DNA from: Candidatus Electrothrix sp. GW3-4 | GTDB taxonomy: Bacteria; Desulfobacterota; Desulfobulbia; Desulfobulbales; Desulfobulbaceae | NCBI RefSeq assembly: GCF_037902255.1 | Contig: NZ_CP147990.1 | Location: forward strand, 2,520,001-2,552,000 | Length of the DNA stretch: 32,000 bases | Direction: 5' to 3' | In this document: piece by piece, positions 8,701 to 17,277 of the stretch | Layout of the letters: each line of letters opens with the position of its first letter | How positions within the stretch are numbered: position 1 is the stretch's first letter | Notes under the pieces: model-generated | What the model saw: the letters and a program-made list of their open reading frames with translations, nothing else | The model's database searches: none | Told to the model about the DNA's origin: nothing | Program-made: the position numbers and the translations under genes

Positions 8701-9697
8701 CCAGGACCCCGCTGCTGTCGATATCCAGACCTGAACGGATTCTGTTGCCCAGTTCGTCGTACTGGTGCAGGGTGTCAGCCAGTCCCGGCGCAGTTGTTCG
8801 GATCAGCTGCCCTTTGTCGTTGTAAAAATTCTCCGAGACTTCCGTGCCCAGATAACCCGGCTTTTCGGTCTTCACTGTCCGTCCGGCCAGGTCTGTTGTG
8901 GTTTTCTCCCAGACCGGGGAAGCAGCGGTTCCGCTATGCACCTCTGTCCAGATGCTGCCGTCGCTGTTCACCCCGTAGCTGTAGAAGCGGGGCACAACGC
9001 CGCTGCCGGTCACGGATCTGGTTCGACCATCCAAATAGGTTTCTGTGATTTCGGTGATATTACCGGGCCGGGTTTCAGTAGTGATCCGACCTCCTGAAGC
9101 ATAATCGTAGTTGGTGGTCAGGTTCCTGCTGTCGGTCCGGCTGATGATCCTGCCGGACAGGTCGTACTGGCTGGAACTGCCCAGACTGAGACTGCCGGAG
9201 GACACGGTTTCGGTGAGCCGTCTGCCCGAAGCGTCGTAGGTATAATCAGTTACAACAGGCCCCTGTTCGGCTTCACGGCTTTGACTGATGAGTCGGTGGA
9301 GACCGTCGTACTCCGTAAAATCAGTTCGCACCCCGGTCGCGTTGATCTCGAAATTCTTCACGCAGCAAGACCAGTCTGTTTCAACAACAGTGCCGTCCGA
9401 GGATGTCCGGTCGGTCACTCTGCCGAAATCATCAAATTCCTGCGCTGTCCAGCTCACCGGCTGATAGCTGCTCCCGTCGTAGACCAGGGTCTGCTGAAAT
9501 ACCCCTTTACCCAGGCTGTCGCTGATGCTTTCTTCTTTACTCGTCTTCAGAGCAATGCCCGCTGGCGAACTCTCCGTGCCGTGTACCGTTGTCACCCGTT
9601 CGTCGCTACCGCTGCCCGGCGTGAAGACCTGCGTTGCCGGATCAAAGCCGCCCGTTTCATATGTCTGAGCACTGAGTTGGTCGTCAGGGGAGGAAAA
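5789..9697 (-). CDS. 5'-truncated Rhs/YD-repeat protein, module I, with an SGNH/GDSL-hydrolase C-terminal toxin domain
   Basis: YD repeats occur throughout, and the core end is [33 protein letters not shown]. The tip (5792..6487, 232 aa) has [16 protein letters not shown] and DDGIHF, which correspond to SGNH blocks I, III and V. The frame is open up to 9697, where a TGA inside the junction palindrome closes it. The first possible start is GTG 9595, with no RBS. Confidence 0.85.
   Translation of the reverse strand, partial: [1302 protein letters not shown]
7674..9397 (-). repeat. 1.7-kb rhs core segment near-identical to 15158..16881
   Basis: At offset 7484 the tracked plus-strand ORFs 8279..8596, 8469..8825, 8765..9097 and 8794..9048 have translations identical to their partners at +7484. 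I saw one mismatch by eye (9240 G versus 16724 A). Confidence 0.8.
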
Positions 9698-9722
9698 TCA
9701 ATTGAGCCTAGCCCTATTGATC
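9696..9722. repeat. junction palindrome copy 1 (AATCAATTGAGCCTAGCCCTATTGATC)
   Basis: A 27-bp imperfect dyad (AATCAAT...ATTGAT), 24 nt downstream of the module H immunity stop and directly abutting the first rhs-homologous codons of module I. Confidence 0.65.
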
Positions 9723-9746
9723 TTAATTAACCAGACTCTTTCAGAG

Positions 9747-10112
9747 TTAATCAGATAACTGACGCAATTCAGCATTTAAGTTAACCGCACCATCAGTAGT
9801 TTGATACCAGATGGTAATCTTGTTTCTGTCTTTTATCATATAAGCGACTTTGCCTCGCTGCGCTTTTGATATAATTTTTTTCGCTTTTTCAGAAAAACTT
9901 TTTTCTTTTTTCCATTTCACCTTATTAAGCGTCCCAACGACCTTTCCTTGATAAGTATCAAGGTACACTGTCCCATTTTCATCAATCTTTTCAAGCAACC
10001 CAGGATTATCAGTGAAGTCTATCTCGCTATGATAGCCGTAAAAAATTATTACAGATATAGCAATAATCAATACAACTATTATTAGCGACATCCTTTTGAT
10101 TAAAATCTTCAT
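9747..10112 (-). CDS. putative membrane-anchored immunity protein for the module H toxin
   Basis: A 121-aa ORF starting 19 nt after the rhs-H stop. It has an N-terminal hydrophobic helix (MSLIIVVLIIAISVIIFYGY) and is AT-rich. Its position downstream of a toxin tip supports the call. Confidence 0.6.
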   Translation of the reverse strand: MKILIKRMSLIIVVLIIAISVIIFYGYHSEIDFTDNPGLLEKIDENGTVYLDTYQGKVVGTLNKVKWKKEKSFSEKAKKIISKAQRGKVAYMIKDRNKITIWYQTTDGAVNLNAELRQLSD

Positions 10113-10131
10113 AATATCAAATCACTATAAA

Positions 10132-12999
10132 TTAATACAAAATATTATCCGATTTATTATACCAAGCCCTCCAGTTACTGATAGTGAACTGACCAGACTT
10201 GAACTTTTCCGCAAGCTCACGACATTTACACTCCCCTACATCAAATGCATTTTGAAGCTCAGTTCCTCTTCTGTTCCATGCCAAATCATGAGTACTGAAC
10301 CCATGATCACCAATGGGCGAATGTCCCCTAAAAGTGCCTTTCACTGCATCTCCCAGCTCTACAGCCGGACCAATCGCTACATCTGAAACCGTTTCCCCAA
10401 TATATGCTGAAACTGCCCCGGAAGCAAAAAAATGCATAACAGCATCCATCCTCCTGCCAAATTTATTAGTGGTATTTGTTGCCGGTGTTGCTCGTTTTAA
10501 CTGCCACTGATTGCTGCCACCATTCCACCAATACATAACACTTTCCACCCAATTCCTCACCCTCCTGAATCGTTTCGCCGCAACAGTTTCTTGTGAGGTG
10601 CCATGAGGTTGATTTTTAAAGTTAGTTGCTAATACATCGCCAAGCGCATCAAATACTTCTTCCATATCATCTTGGCAGTCCCAAGCCAATCTGAACAAAC
10701 TACCACTAGCTTGATCACTGGAGAAGTATAGCTCAATCAAATCCTTAAAGATCAAATCTGGATCAACTATTCCCGAATCAATCGCACTATTCGCTTCCTT
10801 AATATAATCGGCTTCACTAAGCTCTGATTGTCCCAAATAATCCCACCCATTAATCCCATCATTCCCCACAAACCCATACAGATTCAGTCCGCCATCTTCC
10901 CCAATGGGATCACGGCTCAACCATCGCCCAAGCTCAGGAGAATAATACCGATACCCATAATAATACAGCCCGGCCACATCATCAGCGTATTTGCTGGAAA
11001 ATCGAAACGGATTTACATCGGCATAACTCCCCATAGCAGAAGTCAATCCGCCAAAAGGCGCATACTCGTAAGCAGCGACGACAGAGCCGTCCGTAGAATC
11101 AAGCATCTGCCCCACATTGCCGTTAGCGTCATAAAAATACACATGCATCTTGCCAGCACTGTGATCAACCCTTGCCAGAATTCCCCCGATTCCTCCGGCA
11201 CCCTGAAGGCTCTGCGAAAGATCAAGGCCGTAGACATAACTGGCCGTGGTTGCTCCGGCCCCGTCCAGTTCCTCAATCAGGTTCCAGCCGTCATAGACAA
11301 AAAAACGGGTTTCATCAGATTGCCAAGTTGAGCCGTCCCAGGCGGTTGTAACTTTTCGTACCCGTCGGCCCATATAGTCATAGAGAAACTCAAGCTTCTC
11401 ATCCCCGACAGCCGGTGTTTTCGGGGTAATGGTGATGAGCCGGTTCTCTTCGTTCCAGCTATAGGTGAAGGTTCCGTCGTCGGTAAGGCCGCCGTCGTTA
11501 TCATACGCCGGACTGGCCGCTGCCCCGTTCGTCTCCACGGAAGTATACTGATTCAGATCATTCGCCGTGTAATCGACCGAGGTATAGGTTCCCGTGTTGA
11601 TGAGTTTCTGATCCGGCGGAACCGGCAGGGAGACGGAAAAGGCATCCCCGGAGGTCGTCATGGTTTTCCGACGCCCTATATTGTCATGGGTATAGTCGTA
11701 CTGTGAAATTGTTGTGGTGTTATACGTATTCAGTACAGAAGTTTTCAGGTTACGATGGGTTTCGTAGGAATAGCCTGTTGATGCACCGGAGCCAAAGGTT
11801 GCGCTTTTTAGCAGGTGTGAGTTCGGCTCGTACCCGTACTGCACAGTATCGCTGTGCGTGCCGACATTCCAGGAAACACCTCCGAAGCGTCCGGTGCTGT
11901 CATAGCCATAGGTGACAGCATAGCTGCTGTCTGTGCTGAAGCCGGTGTTTCTGCCGGGTACCCCGGTGGTTTCATAGGAACGGGTGAGCGTCCGGTTGAT
12001 CAGTCCTGTGATGCTTTCGCTGTCCGGTTGAAGAGCAGAGTTATAGGCAAAAGTACGGGTCCCGACGGCATCGGTCACTGTACTGCGTTGGCCAGTTCGA
12101 TTGTAGGTGAATCCGATATCCGGGGTGGTGTCGGAATAATCAATCCCGGTCAGCTCCCCGGTGTTCGGATCGTAGCTGTAGGTGGTTGTGATGGCCGGAA
12201 TTCTGGCCCAGGTGCGGGTATGCAGTCTGCCGCCTTCGAGATAGGTGTATTGCGTGCTCTTATTCTGCGCATCCTCCTTGCTCTCCAGCAAACCGGAAGC
12301 CTCGTGGTAATGCCAGCGGGTTATATCAGCCAGCCCGTCATTGGCAGACGGCCAGGTCGGAGACTCCCAGCCTTCGCCGCTGCGCCAGGTGTGCATGGCC
12401 TCCATTCTGCCGTAGTTGTCGTATTCATAGCGGACAGGCGTTGTTGCACCCCAGGTATGGGTGACCCGATCAAGGTCGTCATAGAGAAAGTAGACCGTCC
12501 GGTTTTCCGCATCGGTTACTGAAGTTTTCCTGCCCGTGACCGGATCGTAGTCGTACTCAGTGCGCTTCGTTGCTGCGTCCTCGCTGTAATCCACCTGGCC
12601 AAGGGCATTATAATGAGTGATACTCTGGCCGGTGCGGGGATCAGTGACGCCGATACGCCGTTCCAGGGCGTCGTACTGGAAGGTGGTCATGATGCCGGAT
12701 TTATCTGTGGAAGATTGCAACAGACCGTAGATGTTTTCCTGCTCCGCATTTGTCTCTGAATCAGGATAGTCTGTGATTTCCGTAACTGTATGTGAGGTCC
12801 GGTTGATATACCGCGACGAAACAGTCTCATTGCCGTGGATGTCCGTGCTCACGGTTTCGGCAATCAGGCCGCCTGCGCCCAGACCGGTCAGGCGAGTCCG
12901 GGTTTTGCCGGTGATTGTCTCGGCAGATGAACCGGATTCGGCAAAGATGCTTCGTTTTTTTTCGCTCCACCAGTGACCACCGGTCAAAGAAAACGCCAA
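10132..12999 (-). CDS. 5'-truncated Rhs/YD-repeat protein, module H, with an unassigned 231-aa toxin tip
   Basis: Core homology begins at ..FSLTGGHWW.. (equivalent to [10 protein letters not shown] in modules I, D and B). The core end is [28 protein letters not shown]. The tip spans 10135..10827. The only start candidate is TTG 12999, with no RBS. Confidence 0.85.
   Translation of the reverse strand: [955 protein letters not shown]
11039..11518 (-). repeat. about 480-bp rhs core segment near-identical to 20586..21065
   Basis: Offset 9547. The only difference seen is a CC/TT dinucleotide (about 11262 versus 20809). Confidence 0.7.
11384..11913 (-). repeat. 530-bp rhs core segment identical by eye to 31471..32000
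   Basis: Offset 20087. A line-by-line comparison showed no mismatch up to the window edge. Confidence 0.8.
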
Positions 13000-13026
13000 A
13001 TTAATTGAGATACGTCCCCATTTCCC
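12999..13026. repeat. degenerate junction palindrome copy (AATTAATTGAGATACGTCCCCATTTCCC)
   Basis: The left half (AAT[C/T]AAT[C/T]GAG) and the CCCC block match the other copies, but the right arm has decayed. It occupies the same position, between the module D immunity stop (13052) and the first rhs-H codons. Confidence 0.4.
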
Positions 13027-13051
13027 TCACAAAATGTTCAGACGGATCGCT

Positions 13052-13486
13052 CTAATTTCTAAATAAATAGACATAAACATTATTAGAGGAAGAATTTGTT
13101 AAGAAATATAAACTCTGCATAGTGTCTTTATCTCCAAAAGTTGATTTGTAAACTTGGTTGCTGTCAATATGTTCTTTAGGAATGTTTAATATTGACGATA
13201 TGCAATCGACAGCGAATAATAAATCGCTGTGATCTGACAACACCATATAGTCAGGAACAACAATATGGTTATCCTTTGCCTGTAAGTGCCAAGCTAAATC
13301 TTTTTTTTCGAAGGGAGCCGTTGAGTCGCTACCATCTGAAATAACAGTATAGTTCCCACCAATTTTATCTAGGATTGATTTCAGTGTATTTTCATTGCTG
13401 GTGTTACAAGATACTATACAACCTAACGACAACATTACAGTAACACAATATCTCATTAACGTTTTGTTAACTATTACAGTATGCAT
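13052..13486 (-). CDS. putative lipoprotein immunity protein for the module D toxin
   Basis: The preferred start is ATG 13486 (MHTVIVNKTLMRYCVTVMLSLGCIVSC...), which overlaps the rhs-D stop as TAATG. GGAGGT lies about 6 nt upstream. Lipobox-like LSLG/C. AT-rich. Confidence 0.65.
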   Translation of the reverse strand: MHTVIVNKTLMRYCVTVMLSLGCIVSCNTSNENTLKSILDKIGGNYTVISDGSDSTAPFEKKDLAWHLQAKDNHIVVPDYMVLSDHSDLLFAVDCISSILNIPKEHIDSNQVYKSTFGDKDTMQSLYFLTNSSSNNVYVYLFRN

Positions 13487-16400
13487 TATAAACCTCCACC
13501 TCCACAACAGGAAGAACCAGAGATAGGCCACTCGGCCATCCTGACTCTTCTTCCGACAAACATTTTTGTATAAGAAAGTATTTCTCCAGGATCGGCTCCG
13601 GTGTTCTCAAGAACGAAAACAGTAGCTGTGTATCTGAAGCAGCATTCATTATCCCAGGTTATATTAATACGTTCTGCTTGAATAACAAAATTGCCAATTT
13701 TAACATAACGCTCCCAAACACCTTGTGGCTTATCACCATACCTTTTCATGTTACTATAGACATCAACTTGTCCCTGTCGATCAATTATAGGAAGAATACT
13801 GGTTGGATGCGAGGATCGTTTCGAGCATGTTCTCTTGACAATTCTCTCGCCTAATAACTGCTTTGCCCCTGCACAAGTTTTGGGGAAACGATTCTCAAAC
13901 CATTCGGTATAATCTTTCTTATCACTTCCGCGCCAGCCAAAAGGATTGATTTGATCTCCCACGCCGGGTGACGAAAGCAATCCTAGTTTATCAATCCAGC
14001 TAACCGAATTATTTGAGATAAACCCATACAAATTAACCCCGCCTTCTTCCCCAATAGGATCTCTGCTCAACCAACGCCCAAGCTCAGGGGAATAGTACCG
14101 GTACCCATAATAATACAGCCCGGCCACATCATCAGCGTATTTTGTTGAGAACCGGAACGGATTGGTTTTCGCATAAGTCCCCATAGCGGAAGTCAGTCCG
14201 CCAAAGGGAGCGTACTCATAAGCAGCGACGACAGAGCCGTCCGAAGAATCAACCATCTGTCCGACATTACCGTTGGCATCGTAGAAATAGAGATGAGCTT
14301 TATCCGTTCCGTGGTCAACTCGTGCCAGAATCCCGCCGATACCGCCAGCTCCCTGCAAACTCTGCGAAAGATCAAACCCGTGAACATAACTCGCCGTAGT
14401 TGCTCCGGTTCCGTCCAGTTCCTCAATCAAATTCCAGCCGTCATAGACGAACAGGTTTGTCTCATCGGGTTGCCATGCCGTGCCATCCCAAGCGGTTGTG
14501 ACTTTCCGCACCCTGCGACCCATATAATCATAGAGAAAAGAAAGCTTTTTATCACCGACAGCAGGGTTTTTCGGAGTAACCGTTACAAGCCGATTTTCTC
14601 CGTTCCAAGTATAGATGAAGGTGCCGTCGTCAGTGAGACCACCGTCATCATCATAAGTGGGATTGACCGCTGAGTCGTCCGTATCCACGGAGGTGTACTG
14701 GTTCAGATCATTGGCAGTGTAATCGACCGAGGTATAGGTTCCCGTGTTGATGAGTTTTTGATCCGGCGGAACAGGCAGGGAGATGGAAAAGGCATCCCCG
14801 GAGGTCGTCATAGTTTTTCGACGCCCTATATCGTCATGCGTATAATCGTACTGTGAAATTGTTGCGGAGTTATAGGTATTCAGTACAGAGGTTTTCAGGT
14901 TACGATGGGGTTCATAGGAATAGCCTGTTGATGCACCGGTACCGAAGGTTGCGCTTTTCAGCAGGTGCGAGTTCGGCTCGTAGCCGTACTGCACAGTATC
15001 GCTGTGCGTACCGATATTCCAGGAAACACCTCCGAAGCGTCCGGTGCTGTCATAGCCATAGGTGACGGCATAGCTGCTGTCGGTGCTGAAGCCGGTGTTT
15101 CTGCCGACAACTCCGGCGGTTGCATAGGTGCGGGTGAGGATTCGGCTGATCAGTCCTGTGATGCTTTCGCTGTCCGGTTGAAGAGCAGAGTTATAGGCAA
15201 AAGTACGGGTCCCGACGGCATCGGTCACTGTACTGCGTTGTCCGGTGCGGTTGTAGGTAAACCCGATATCCGGGGTGGTGTCGGAATAATCAATGCCGGT
15301 CAATTCGCCGGTGTTCGGATCATAGCTGTAGGTGGTTGTGATAGCCGGAGTTCTGGCCCAGGTACGGGTATGGAGTCTGCCGCCTTCCAGATAGGTGTAT
15401 TGTGTACTCTTATTTTGCGCATCTTCTTTGGACTCCAGCAGGCCAGTGGCCTCGTGGTAATGCCAGCGGGTAATATCAGCCAGCCCGTCGTTGGCAGACG
15501 GCCAGGTCGGGGAATCCCAGCCCTCACCACTCCGCCAGGTGTGCATGGCATCCATTCTGCCGTAGTTGTCGTATTCATAGCGGACAGGCGTTGTTCCACC
15601 CCAGGTATGGGTGACCCGATCAAAGTTGTCATAGAGAAAGTAGACCGTCCGGTTCTCCGCATCGGTCACTGAAGTTTTCCTGCCCGTGATTGGATCGTAG
15701 CCGTACTCTGTGCGCTTCGTTGCTGCGTCCTCAGTGTAATCAACCTGCCCCAGGGTGTTGTAATGGGTGATGCTCTGGCCGGTGCGGGGATCGGTGACGC
15801 CGGTGCGTCGTTCCAGGGCGTCGTACTGGTAGGTGGTGGTGATGCCGGATTTGTCCGTGGAGGATTTCAGCAGGCCGTACAGGGATTCCTGCACCGCATT
15901 CGTGTCCGAATCAAGATAATCCGTGATTTTAGTAATTGTATGAGAGGTCCGGTTGATATACCGCGACGAAACAGTCTCATTGTCGTGGATGTCCGTGCTC
16001 ACGGTTTCGGCAATCAGGCCGCCTGCGCCCAGACCGGTCAGGCGAGTCCGGGTTTTGCCGGTGATTGTCTCGGCAGATGAACCGGATTCGGCAAAGATAC
16101 TCTGTACCTGTTCCTGCCACCACGCACCGTTATCCAGGAGAAAGGCTGTGCTGCTGCCGCTGATCCGGTCGTCTGAGGCGGTTTCCAGGACCCCGCTGCT
16201 GTCGATATCCAGACCTGAACGGATTCTGTTGCCCAGTTCGTCGTACTGGTGCAGGGTGTCAGCCAGTCCCGGCGCAGTTGTTCGGATCAGCTGCCCTTTG
16301 TCGTTGTAAAAATTCTCCGAGACTTCCGTGCCCAGATAACCCGGCTTTTCGGTCTTCACTGTCCGTCCGGCCAGGTCTGTTGTGGTTTTCTCCCAGACCG

Positions 16401-17277
16401 GGGAAGCAGCGGTTCCGCTATGCACCTCTGTCCAGATGCTGCCGTCGCTGTTCACCCCGTAGCTGTAGAAGCGGGGCACAACGCCGCTGCCGGTCACGGA
16501 TCTGGTTCGACCATCCAAATAGGTTTCTGTGATTTCGGTGATATTACCGGGCCGGGTTTCAGTAGTGATCCGACCTCCTGAAGCATAATCGTAGTTGGTG
16601 GTCAGGTTCCTGCTGTCGGTCCGGCTGATGATCCTGCCGGACAGGTCGTACTGGCTGGAACTGCCCAGACTGAGACTGCCGGAGGACACGGTTTCGGTGA
16701 GCCGTCTGCCCGAAGCGTCGTAGATATAATCAGTTACAACAGGCCCCTGTTCGGCTTCACGGCTTTGACTGATGAGTCGGTGGAGACCGTCGTACTCCGT
16801 AAAATCAGTTCGCACCCCGGTCGCGTTGATCTCGAAATTCTTCACGCAGCAAGACCAGTCTGTTTCAACAACAGTGCCGTCGGAGGCGGTACGCCGGGTC
16901 ATCCTGCCGAAATCATCAAATTCCTGCGCTGTCCAGCTCACCGGTTGATAAGCGCCGCCATCAAAGATCAGGGTGCGCTGAAATACTGTATTTCCCAGGT
17001 TGTCGCAAATACTCTCTTCCCTGGTTGTTTTCAGCGCAATACCGGCGGGTGAGCTCTCCGTACCATGCACCGTTGTCACCCGTTCGTCCGTGCCCGCACC
17101 CGGCGTGAAGACCTGGGTGCCGACATCAAAGCTCCCCTGCTCATAGGTGGTGGTTGTCAGCCGTCCGTCCGGTGAAAGCACGGACTTCAATCTGCCCGAG
17201 GAAAGAGAGCCATCTTCGGAATAATAGACCGTGACTGTGCGCAGGTTGACCGGATTACCAAAGGACGCGGAGCACAA
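13486..17277 (-). CDS. 5'-truncated Rhs/YD-repeat protein, module D, with an unassigned 163-aa toxin tip
   Basis: Core homology starts at ..[11 protein letters not shown].. and the core end is [28 protein letters not shown]. The tip spans 13489..13977. The only start candidate is TTG 17277, immediately preceded by an in-frame TGA from the junction palindrome. Confidence 0.85.
   Translation of the reverse strand: [1263 protein letters not shown]
15158..16881 (-). repeat. partner copy of 7674..9397
   Basis: See the partner entry. The flanks on both sides diverge into clearly different, though still homologous, core sequence. Confidence 0.8.

Noticed and set aside
9696-9722. The 27-bp junction palindromes as rho-independent terminators of the immunity genes.
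   Set aside because: The stems are AT-rich with internal mismatches and an effectively 1-5 nt loop, and no U-tract follows on the coding strand. A terminator role cannot be excluded, but the sequence supports it poorly.
13487-13531. Longer start (13531, MAYLWFFLLWRWRF...) for the module D immunity gene, and the overlapping ORF 13467..13649.
   Set aside because: The extension overlaps the rhs-D coding end. ATG 13486 has a GGAGG RBS and a TAATG stop-start overlap, and it begins the lipoprotein signal. ORF 13467..13649 is an alternative frame of the rhs-D tip.
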